From Verrucomicrobiales bacterium (lineage in GTDB: Bacteria; Verrucomicrobiota; Verrucomicrobiia; Limisphaerales; JAYPXF01), in contig JAYPXF010000001.1 in assembly GCA_038154405.1 (NCBI GenBank), positions 167,747 to 214,462 on the forward strand: a stretch of 46,716 nt of DNA. The letters are read 5' to 3'. The notes beneath the pieces are model-generated. The model was not told the DNA's origin, searched no databases, and saw only the letters and a program-made list of their open reading frames with translations. Positions 24,982 through 32,691 of this stretch are shown piece by piece. The position numbers and the translations under genes are program-made. Position 1 is the first letter of the stretch. Each line of letters opens with the position of its first letter.

Positions 24982-26769
24982 ATGGACAATTCGCAGATCG
25001 GAAAGCTCATCCTCGAAACCGGCAGGTTGCTGGAATTGCGCGATGGTGCCTCCGGCGATTCGCGGGCTTACCAGCGTCTCGGTGGGGAGATCACCGGTCT
25101 GCCCCGGCAATTGGCGTGGATGCCGCGGGAGAAATGGCCGGAGGCGATCGCTGACAACCCGGAAGCGGTGGTCGACAGCCTCTGCATTCTGCTCGAACAG
25201 GGTTCGTTGCCGATGCTGCTGGACCTTCGCTCCAGCCTGCCACCGGGGTTGGTGGAAATGTTGGAGCTGCCGGGCTTCAGTCCCGTCCGGATCCGGGTTC
25301 TGCGCGAGAAACTGGACATTGAATCGGTCGAAGATCTTGAAGGCGCGTGCCATGGAGAGAAGGTTCGGGAGCTCTCGGAGTTCGATGAACGTTCCGAGGC
25401 GGAGATGCTCGATGCCATCACGTTCTGGCGTTCCAATAAGGACCGGCATCAGATTCACATTGCCTGGTCCAAGGCCAATCCGATGTTGGAGCGGCTGCGC
25501 AATTTGCCGGGAGTGATTCGGTGCGATGTCACCGGCGCCCTGCGTCGTTGGACGGAAACGGTGCCCGGCATTTCCTTCCTCGTGTCGGCCGTGGACACGG
25601 GTGCCGTGCTCGAACACTTTGTCGCTCAAGACGAGGTCGCCGAGGTGACGGAACGGCAGGACACTTCCGTGACCGTCGTGCTCAAGGGCGGCCTGCGTTC
25701 CACCCTGCGCGTCGTGAGCGACCGCATGTATCCGTTTGCGCTCACGAAGTACACCGGCAACGGATCGCACTTCGAGGCGCTCTGCGAGAGTGCGAGGGAA
25801 CGAGGCTTCGAGCTGAACGAATACGGCATGACCCGCACGGAGCTGGATGCTGGCGATCCGAAGGCCCGCGTCCGCTGCCATGGCGAGGAGGACATTTACA
25901 ACCTGCTCGACCTGCAGTTCATTCCTCCCGAAATGCGGGAGAACGAAGGTGAATTTGACGCCGCGGCAAAAAACCAGATTCCGCCCTTGGTCGAATGGAC
26001 CGCGCTGCGGGGCTCATTGCACAACCATTCCAACTGGAGCGACGGTCGGCAATCGCTCAAGGAAATGGCATCCGACGCCTACGATCTCGGCTGCTCGTAT
26101 TGGGCGGTCACCGATCATTCGCGTTCCTGTTTCGCCGGCAAGGGCCTGGATGAAAAGCGCCTGATCGCGCAGATCAACGAGGTCGAACTGGTCAACCAGC
26201 TTTACCAGGATGCCGATCGTCCGTTTCGTCTGTTGTCCGGAACGGAAATGGACGTGAAGTCGGGCGGCAAGATGGATTTCGACGACGAGATTCTCGCCCA
26301 ACTGGACGTCGTGGTGGCGAGCATCCACCAGGCCTTGTCCGGTAGCGAAGCGGAGATGACGCGCCGCCTGGTTGCCGCCGCGGAGAGTCGCTACGTCCAC
26401 ATGATCGGCCATATGACGGGGCGTCTTTTGCTCCAACGCGACGGCTACAAGGTCAACCAGAAAGCCGTCATCGACGCCTGTGCTGAGACCGGCACGTGGA
26501 TTGAGCTGAACGCGAGCCCTTGGCGCTTTGACATGGACTGGCGCCTTTGGCGTTACGCCCGTGAGAAGGGTGTGAAGTGCGCGGTGAACACGAATTCCCA
26601 TCGCGCCGAGCACGGTCAATACCTCCGCTTCGGCGCCCATGTCGCGCGCAAGGGCTGGCTCACGAAATACGACATCGTCAACACCCTGCCATTGAAGCAA
26701 CTGCGCGACACCCTGCTCACCAACCGTTTGGACAAGGCCGGCCGGGCAGCAGGTGAGAAAGGTTCCTGA
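24982..26769 (+). CDS. polX: Family X DNA polymerase / PHP-domain protein (PolX) with a degenerate polymerase active site
   Basis: 595 aa. The N-terminal Pol-beta-like region contains LELPGFSPVRIRVLREKL and VTGALRRWTETVPGISFLVS. The C-terminal PHP domain motifs are GSLHNHSNWSDG, AVTDHS, SGTEMDV, VVASIHQ, MIGHMTGRL, IELNASP and VNTNSH. Confidence 0.9.
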   Translation: MDNSQIGKLILETGRLLELRDGASGDSRAYQRLGGEITGLPRQLAWMPREKWPEAIADNPEAVVDSLCILLEQGSLPMLLDLRSSLPPGLVEMLELPGFSPVRIRVLREKLDIESVEDLEGACHGEKVRELSEFDERSEAEMLDAITFWRSNKDRHQIHIAWSKANPMLERLRNLPGVIRCDVTGALRRWTETVPGISFLVSAVDTGAVLEHFVAQDEVAEVTERQDTSVTVVLKGGLRSTLRVVSDRMYPFALTKYTGNGSHFEALCESARERGFELNEYGMTRTELDAGDPKARVRCHGEEDIYNLLDLQFIPPEMRENEGEFDAAAKNQIPPLVEWTALRGSLHNHSNWSDGRQSLKEMASDAYDLGCSYWAVTDHSRSCFAGKGLDEKRLIAQINEVELVNQLYQDADRPFRLLSGTEMDVKSGGKMDFDDEILAQLDVVVASIHQALSGSEAEMTRRLVAAAESRYVHMIGHMTGRLLLQRDGYKVNQKAVIDACAETGTWIELNASPWRFDMDWRLWRYAREKGVKCAVNTNSHRAEHGQYLRFGAHVARKGWLTKYDIVNTLPLKQLRDTLLTNRLDKAGRAAGEKGS

Positions 26770-26862
26770 GCACTACCCTACCGCTGTCGGTGTTTCGCCG
26801 ATCCGCCACCCGGTGTTCTTTGCGGTTGAGGTTCGGCGGCTCAGATCATTGAATCGGTGAAG

Positions 26863-27378
26863 ATGTCAGACTGGAACGCCGACCACTATCTGAAGTTTGG
26901 GGACGAACGCACGCGCGCGGCGGTGGATCTGGTCGCCCGGATCGACCTGTCGTCACCGGCAACGATCACCGACCTCGGCTGCGGCCCCGGCAACAGCACG
27001 GCGATCCTTCGCCAACGCTGGCCGAATGCGAAGGTGATCGGTTTCGACAACTCTCCTGGAATGATTGCGTCAGCACGGGAAAAGTATCCTGATCAGACTT
27101 GGGAAACGGCTGACATCTCCGAATGGAATCCCAAGTCTCCGGCGGATCTCGTGTTCTCCAATGCCGCGCTGCGATGGATTCCCGATCACTCCCGCCTGAT
27201 TTCAGCCACCAAGGTTGACGGTGCGCTCGCTTTTCAGATTCCCAGCGGCACGTTCGCCGAAGTGCGAAAACTCATTCACGAAATCGCACTCGATCCGAAG
27301 TGGAATGATCGAATGGACCCGGCCCGGAATGCGCTCACGATGGAAGCGCCGGGATTCTACTACGACGCCCTTGCCTGA
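26863..27378 (+). CDS. tam: Trans-aconitate 2-methyltransferase homologue, C-terminally truncated (likely gene remnant)
   Basis: MSDWNADHYLKFGDERTRAAVDLVARI..ITDLGCGPGNSTAILRQRWPNAKVIGFDNSPGMIASAR..DLVFSNAALRWIPDH closely parallels E. coli Tam (MSDWNPSLYLHF..DLGCGPGNST..ANASLQWLPDH). The ORF stops after ..APGFYYDALA at ~171 aa, whereas Tam is ~252 aa as I recall it. ATG 26863 is preferred over the track GTG 26857. Confidence 0.75.
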   Translation: MSDWNADHYLKFGDERTRAAVDLVARIDLSSPATITDLGCGPGNSTAILRQRWPNAKVIGFDNSPGMIASAREKYPDQTWETADISEWNPKSPADLVFSNAALRWIPDHSRLISATKVDGALAFQIPSGTFAEVRKLIHEIALDPKWNDRMDPARNALTMEAPGFYYDALA

Positions 27379-27392
27379 CATTCCAAGTCGCT

Positions 27393-27425
27393 TGTAAACG
27401 CCGCTCGAAAAGTGCGGCGTTTACA
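27393..27425. terminator. Perfect 12-bp hairpin between convergent genes (bidirectional terminator or REP-like element)
   Basis: tgtaaacgccgc (27393-27404), a 9-nt loop tcgaaaagt, then gcggcgtttaca (27414-27425). There is no adjacent T-tract on either strand. It begins 15 nt after the tam stop. Confidence 0.45.
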
Positions 27426-27458
27426 CTCCCGGTATTCCTCGTCCAGTCCCTTCAGCTC

Positions 27459-27578
27459 TTATGTCAGCTCCTCCTTGAACTCCTCCAGCTCGACCGCTTG
27501 CCCGTCGAGCAGACCGCCCAGCAGGCACAGTCCCACCGACAGGACAATCCGGCCCCCGGAGAAAATGGAAAAGCACAT
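27459..27578 (-). CDS. Candidate 39-aa small hydrophobic protein (below ORF-track threshold)
   Basis: Reverse-strand ATG 27578 to TAA 27459 gives MCFSIFSGGRIVLSVGLCLLGGLLDGQAVELEEFKEELT. It has one hydrophobic segment plus an acidic tail and GC3-rich codons like its neighbours, and is bounded by an in-frame TAA 5 codons upstream. No recognisable RBS and no homology assessment was possible. Confidence 0.25.
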   Translation of the reverse strand: MCFSIFSGGRIVLSVGLCLLGGLLDGQAVELEEFKEELT

Positions 27579-27599
27579 GGATCCGCACTCAATTTACGG

Positions 27600-28427
27600 T
27601 CAGAGCGTCAGGGATGCGAACCGTTTCACCTCGTTGGTAAGCGCGGTTTCCGTCGGCAGACGTTCCATCTAACTGGCAACGTAGAAGCCATCCACTCAAG
27701 CGCACTTGTTAAGGATGAACTGGGCATAGTCGGGTGAAGCAATCGGGACGCCATGACAAAGCACCATCACATCCGAACATTCCCCTTTCGCGGCATCGGT
27801 GATCGCCTGCACCTCCGCCACGCAACCTTCAAGTGTCTTCGCCGTCTCGGCACCAATGCTGCCGCCGGTGGTCAGTCCCATGTGGGCCACGATGATGTCC
27901 GCGCCGGCCGCCGTCATTCGCCGGGCCTCATCCGGATTGAACGCATACGGCGTGGTCAACAGGTCGAGTTCATGCGCCGCGGCAATACAATCCACCTCCA
28001 GCTCGTAGCTCATCCCCGTCTCTTCCAGATTGGCCCGGAAGGTCCCGTCGATAAGCCCCACCGTCGGGAAATTCTGGATGCCGGCGAAGCCCATGGACTT
28101 CAGCTCGCGCAGGAAATGATCGCGCAACATGAATGGATCCGTCCCGCAGACTCCGGCCAACACCGGCGTGTGCTTCACCGCCGTGATCACCTCATGCGCC
28201 ATCTCCTTTACGATCTCGTTCGCATTGCCATAGGGCAACAGACCCGCCAACGAACCGCGCCCGGCCATGCGATAGCGTCCCGAATTGTAGATCACGATCA
28301 GGTCGATCCCGCCGGCCTCCTCACACTTGGCACTGATCCCCGTGCCTGCGCCGCCACCGATGACCGGCAGCCCCTTGGCAATCTTCTCACGAAAGCGGGA
28401 CAAAATGGATTCACGCGATTCACTCAT
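27600..28427 (-). pseudogene. Phosphoenolpyruvate-hydrolase-like TIM-barrel family (PF09370-type) gene with two in-frame stop codons near the 3' end
   Basis: From ATG 28427: [73 protein letters not shown]...[15 protein letters not shown]...[22 protein letters not shown]. Then comes TGA (27698-27696), then VDGFYVAS, then TAG (27671-27669), then MERLPTETALTNEVKRFASLTL and the final TGA at 27602-27600, all in one frame. The total is 276 codons, the usual length for this family. Confidence 0.75.
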
Positions 28428-28549
28428 GACGATGCCGAAGAGTGTGCGCGGAGCCTCGGGTATCTCCAGCGCGAAAACCAAAAAGGATCAACAACCACGG
28501 AATCAGAATTGGACTTCCCCGGCCCATCAACACACTCTCGCGGCAATCC

Positions 28550-30160
28550 ATGAAACGCCTGCTCCTCCTTCTCTGTGCTCTTTGCGCTCTCTGCGGTTCA
28601 TCCCAAGCCAGGAAACCAAACATCCTATACGTTCTCGTCGATGACCTCGGCTTCAGTGACCTCGGTTGTTTTGGCGGTGAGATCAGGACCCCGAATCTGG
28701 ATTCACTTGCCTCCGGCGGTGTGCGGCTGACGCAGTTCTACAATACGGGTCGGTGCTGCCCTTCGCGCGCCGCGCTGCTCACCGGTCAATATCCGCATCG
28801 GGTTGGACTTGGTCACATGACGACAAACGACCTTGGCCGTCCCGGTTATCGCGGGGTGGTTTCAGAGGATGCGCAGACCATCGCCCAGGCTCTTGTACCT
28901 GCCGGCTATCGCTGTTACATGTCTGGCAAATGGCACATGGGCACTCCTGATCCGACGAAACATGGCTTTGAAGAGATGTATGGCACGTTGGTCAGTGCCA
29001 AGCGCTTCTTTGATCCCGATCATATGATCCGCTACCCGGAAGGTCGGCAGAAGATCCAATACCGGGAAGGCAAGTTCTACGCCACCGACGCCGTGACGGA
29101 TCACGCGCTGCAATTCCTCAAGCTCGCGCGACAGACGCCGGACAAACCGTGGTTCCTCTATCTCGCCTACAACGCTCCGCATTTTCCCCTGCACGCGTTT
29201 CCGGAAGACATCGCGAAATACAAGGACCGCTACCACATCGGTTGGGACAAGTTGCGGGAGCAGCGCCTTGAGCGCATGAAGAAGATCGGCATTGTCCCGC
29301 AACACACGAGACTCTCCAAGCGCTCCCACTGGCGCAATTACGGCGAAACCAAGATCGGCGTGAATCCGCCTTGGAGTTCCCTTCCCGAGGATCGGCGTCT
29401 GGATTTAGCCCGACGCATGGCTATTTATGCCGCGATGATCGATCGTCTCGACCAACAGTTCGGCCGCATCCTCCGATACCTCAGAGGAACCGGCGAATTC
29501 GAAAACACCCTCATCTTTTTCACTTCCGACAATGGCGCATGCTTCGAATGGGATCCCTTCGGCTTCGACATCAAGTCCAACAATCAGAACATCCTGCACA
29601 AGGGCAAGATGCTCGATGAGATGGGCAAGGCCGGTACGTTTCACAGCGTCGGCTCCGCCTGGGCGAATGCGTCGAACACCCCGTGGCGTCTCTACAAACA
29701 TTTCAACCACGAAGGCGGCATCGCCTCCCCGGGCATCGTCCACTGGCCTGCCGGACTGAAGACCAAGGCCGGATCGATCGTTCACAATCCCGCGCACATC
29801 ATTGATCTTCTGCCCACCGCTGTCGCCGTCGCGCAGACGAAATATGAAGGCAAACTCGATCTCCCTGGAACGGATCTCATCGGCCAGTTGAACAATGGTT
29901 TCAAAAAGAACCGAACCCTCTTCTTCGAACACCAGGGCAACCGCGCCGTCCGCCAAGGCAAATGGAAACTCGTCGCCCTCGACGACGAACCTTGGGAACT
30001 CTACGATCTCACGAAGGACCGCACCGAGATGAAGGACCTCGCGGCGAAGTATCCCAAGAAGGTGAAACAACTTTCCGCCGCGTGGAACAAATGGGGCGCC
30101 GCCAACCAGGTCACCCCGCTCCCGCGTGATCTTGGTGTGAAATACCTGAAACCCGATTGA
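28550..30160 (+). CDS. Arylsulfatase (S1 family, canonical Cys-type, exported)
   Basis: Trimmed to ATG 28550: MKRLLLLLCALCALCGSSQARKPNILYVLVDDLGFSDLGCFGGE. Canonical CCPSRAALLTGQYPHR is present, with SGKWHMG, NAPHFPLH, FTSDNGA and RQGKWKLV. Confidence 0.9.
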   Translation: MKRLLLLLCALCALCGSSQARKPNILYVLVDDLGFSDLGCFGGEIRTPNLDSLASGGVRLTQFYNTGRCCPSRAALLTGQYPHRVGLGHMTTNDLGRPGYRGVVSEDAQTIAQALVPAGYRCYMSGKWHMGTPDPTKHGFEEMYGTLVSAKRFFDPDHMIRYPEGRQKIQYREGKFYATDAVTDHALQFLKLARQTPDKPWFLYLAYNAPHFPLHAFPEDIAKYKDRYHIGWDKLREQRLERMKKIGIVPQHTRLSKRSHWRNYGETKIGVNPPWSSLPEDRRLDLARRMAIYAAMIDRLDQQFGRILRYLRGTGEFENTLIFFTSDNGACFEWDPFGFDIKSNNQNILHKGKMLDEMGKAGTFHSVGSAWANASNTPWRLYKHFNHEGGIASPGIVHWPAGLKTKAGSIVHNPAHIIDLLPTAVAVAQTKYEGKLDLPGTDLIGQLNNGFKKNRTLFFEHQGNRAVRQGKWKLVALDDEPWELYDLTKDRTEMKDLAAKYPKKVKQLSAAWNKWGAANQVTPLPRDLGVKYLKPD

Positions 30161-30181
30161 GACATCGGCGCCTGATCAACC

Positions 30182-31114
30182 ATGCTCAAAGGAATCTTCC
30201 CCGTCATCCCGACGCTGTTCGGCGATGACAATTCACTGAACCTCGAAGCCCAACGCGAAGTCACACGTTGGGCTCTGGAAGCCGGCGCCCATGGCGTTGT
30301 GTTTCCGGGCGTCGCCAGTGAATACAACTTTCTCACTCCCGATGAACGAGGCCGACTCATTGCGCTGGTTGCCGAGGAAGTCGACGGATCCGTTCCCATC
30401 ATTGGCGGTGCCAGTGCGCCGACTTCCAACGAGGTCATCGCCGCGGGCCGGCAGGCTCTGGACAACGACATTGATCATTTGATGATCATGGCACCTCACG
30501 GGCTCGGCCAAGACCTGGATGCCCAGCGCCGATTCTTTGCCGAGATCTCAGCAGCCTTGCCTGAAGCGAAGATCATTCTGCAGAACGCCCCCAACCCGAT
30601 CGGTGCGGGAATGAATGCGAATGCGATATTGTCGATTGCAGCCGCCACTCCATCAGTCGCATACGTGAAAGAAGAGACCCTGCCTTCAGGGCCGTCCATC
30701 ACCGCGTTGCAGAACGCCGACATTCCTCATTTGAGAGGGTTGTTTGGAGGAGGCGGCTCGCGTTATGTCATTGATGAATTTGATCGCGGTGCGGTCGCCG
30801 CACTTCCGGCGGTCGAGTTGACCGATCTGCATGTCGCGCTCTATGAGGCCCATGTCGGCGGCGATCACGATCGGGCCCGGAAACTCTATCGTCTCAGTCT
30901 CCCGTTGCTGGTATCCCAGGCCATCTACCGCATGCGTCTCACCAAATACGTCCTGAAAAAACGCGGCATTGCCGATGCCCTCCATGTCCGGGCGCCCTTG
31001 CCCGAACTGGACGAGTTCACCTGTCGTGACATAGACCTGATGTTGGCCGATTTAGTCAGTGCTTTCGATTCTAGCGAAACCTCGTCAGTCAACCAACAGA
31101 CCCGTTGCCAGTGA
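30182..31114 (+). CDS. Dihydrodipicolinate synthase/N-acetylneuraminate lyase family class I aldolase (likely 2-keto-3-deoxy-sugar-acid aldolase)
   Basis: 310 aa. Motifs: GIFPVIPTLF, GAHGVVFPGVASEYNFLTPDER, VPIIGGAS and the Schiff-base lysine context VAYVKEE. It is adjacent to a sulfatase and an enolase-superfamily dehydratase. Confidence 0.8.
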   Translation: MLKGIFPVIPTLFGDDNSLNLEAQREVTRWALEAGAHGVVFPGVASEYNFLTPDERGRLIALVAEEVDGSVPIIGGASAPTSNEVIAAGRQALDNDIDHLMIMAPHGLGQDLDAQRRFFAEISAALPEAKIILQNAPNPIGAGMNANAILSIAAATPSVAYVKEETLPSGPSITALQNADIPHLRGLFGGGGSRYVIDEFDRGAVAALPAVELTDLHVALYEAHVGGDHDRARKLYRLSLPLLVSQAIYRMRLTKYVLKKRGIADALHVRAPLPELDEFTCRDIDLMLADLVSAFDSSETSSVNQQTRCQ

Positions 31115-31244
31115 TCAAGTCCAGACCACATCTCGCGTCCTGCCCCATCACCCTTGGGGAGAGGGAACAGCACTGGTCGCGGAAAGCCGGCACGGACGCG
31201 TTCGATTTCAACTCCCGCGTTCGGATTACTCCTCCTCTTTCTGA

Positions 31245-31295
31245 GGGAGAGGCCTGCGACGAGCTCAGTCGTGTCGATTGAGGTGAGGGGGAAGG
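31245..31295. repeat. Family-2 intergenic repeat (copy 2)
   Basis: gggagaggcctgcgacgagctcagtcgtgtcgattgaggtgagggggaagga is ~44/51 identical to 16191-16242. The minus-strand shadow ORFs over both copies share the peptide DTTELVAGLS, which simply reflects the DNA repeat. Confidence 0.65.
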
Positions 31296-31337
31296 AAACG
31301 TCCAACCACCCACAATGACCATCGGCAATCCGAAAAC

Positions 31338-32534
31338 ATGCTAATCGCCAAGCAACTCAATCAGGATCGTGTCGCGGGCATCGAGGTCTTCACCGTCGAT
31401 CTCAGCCAGGAAAAACTGTATCTCGGTTCGCTGCGCGAAGGGGAGGAAGTGAACGAATCCGGATATTTCGTCCGCAAAGGAAACCGGACGGTTTACCCAC
31501 GGAAGAATCGCTCGCTCGTCGTTCGCATAACCACGAAGGACGGGGTCGAAGGTTGGGGCGAAACGTATGGTCTGGTGGCACCGCAGGCCACGGCCGCCAT
31601 CATCACGGACCTGTTGGTCGGCTTTGTGGTCGGGCGCGATCCGTTCGCCGCCGAAGCCATCCACGACGAGCTCTACGATCTTATGCGGGTGCGTGGATAC
31701 ACCGGTGGGTTCTATCTGGATGCTTTGGCTGCCATCGATATCGCGCTCTGGGACATAGCGGGAAAGATTGCGGGCAAATCCGTCGCCGAACTGCTGGGCG
31801 GACGGACACACGAACGCATAACCGCTTACGTCTCCGGACTGCCGGAGGATAGCTTGGGCAAACGCTGCGAACTCGCGAAGTCCTGGCAGGAACGTGGTTA
31901 TGATTCGTTCAAGTTCGCATTGCCGGTCGCCGATGAAGGAGCGGCCACCGAACTGAAGGCCCTCCGACAAACGCTCGGCGAGGATGCCCGCATCGCCTGT
32001 GACCTGCATTGGGCATTCGATGCCGACGGTGCGATCACCTTGGCGAATGAGCTCGCCGATGATCATCCATGGTTTCTTGAAGCGCCGGTTCCGCCGGAGG
32101 ATCTCGACGCCCTGCGCGCGGTTGCAGACAACAGCAACCAGGTCATCGCTGTCGGTGAGGAATGGCGAACCGTTTACGACGCGCGACTACGTATCAACCG
32201 CGGAGCCTGCCATATCGTCCAACCCGAGATGGGCCACACCGGCATCACCGAATTCATGCGGATCGGCCGCTTCGCCGAAGATTTCGGCATTGAGATCATT
32301 CCCCACGCGACCATCGGTTCAGGCATATTTCTGGCGGCGAGCCTGCAAGCCAGTTCGACACTGGGCGATGTAACGTCTCATGAATTCCAACACTCGGTCT
32401 TCGAACCCTTCCGTAACTTTACCGGCGATGTCATGGAATGCACGGAGGGACAATATGCGATTCCAACCGGAACGGGCATCTGCGTTGAACCCTCTGAAGT
32501 GATGCGAAAGGCAATGACACCCATTCCTGCATGA
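31338..32534 (+). CDS. Enolase-superfamily enzyme (mandelate racemase/muconate lactonizing family; probable sugar-acid dehydratase)
   Basis: 398 aa. Motifs: VVRITTKDGVEGWGETYG, AAIDIALWDIAGKIAGKSVAELLGG, metal-ligand contexts IACDLHW, WFLEAPV and IAVGEEW, plus CHIVQPEMGHTGI and IIPHA. Confidence 0.85.
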   Translation: MLIAKQLNQDRVAGIEVFTVDLSQEKLYLGSLREGEEVNESGYFVRKGNRTVYPRKNRSLVVRITTKDGVEGWGETYGLVAPQATAAIITDLLVGFVVGRDPFAAEAIHDELYDLMRVRGYTGGFYLDALAAIDIALWDIAGKIAGKSVAELLGGRTHERITAYVSGLPEDSLGKRCELAKSWQERGYDSFKFALPVADEGAATELKALRQTLGEDARIACDLHWAFDADGAITLANELADDHPWFLEAPVPPEDLDALRAVADNSNQVIAVGEEWRTVYDARLRINRGACHIVQPEMGHTGITEFMRIGRFAEDFGIEIIPHATIGSGIFLAASLQASSTLGDVTSHEFQHSVFEPFRNFTGDVMECTEGQYAIPTGTGICVEPSEVMRKAMTPIPA

Positions 32535-32585
32535 ACGACCGAATTGCAATCACGATGAATCCGAGGTCACGACGAAACGAATGTA

Positions 32586-32645
32586 GCAGCGAGCGTGAAC
32601 GCGCAGACCGTTTAGCCAGAGAATCTGCTCGCTCACGCTCGCTGC
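32586..32645. repeat. Intergenic hairpin, 13-bp perfect stem (REP-like)
   Basis: gcagcgagcgtga (32586-32598) pairs with tcacgctcgctgc (32633-32645), separated by a 34-nt loop. It lies between the dehydratase and the symporter. Confidence 0.5.
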
Positions 32646-32691
32646 GACAGGGAAGCCGATCCCCGTCGGTCGGGCAGATTCACAACTGCGC

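Noticed and set aside
24319-25881. N-terminal 521 codons of the 915-aa minus-strand ORF 23134..25881
   Set aside because: Only the last 394 codons (from MNRRLFL at 24318) look like a protein (Gfo/Idh/MocA). The upstream part is low-complexity and runs antisense through the LysM and polX genes, a typical GC-rich open frame.
24600-27698. Stop-codon reassignment or programmed read-through as the explanation for the in-frame TAA, TGA and TAG
   Set aside because: All three stop codons terminate the other well-supported genes in this window at family-typical lengths. A genome-wide recoding is therefore not tenable, no SECIS-like or read-through context was evident, and nonsense mutations are the simpler reading.
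3006-31295. CRISPR array interpretation of the recurring ~45-50-nt units
   Set aside because: The copies are dispersed over many kb, occur as inverted pairs, are imperfect and are not separated by uniform short spacers. No cas genes are present.
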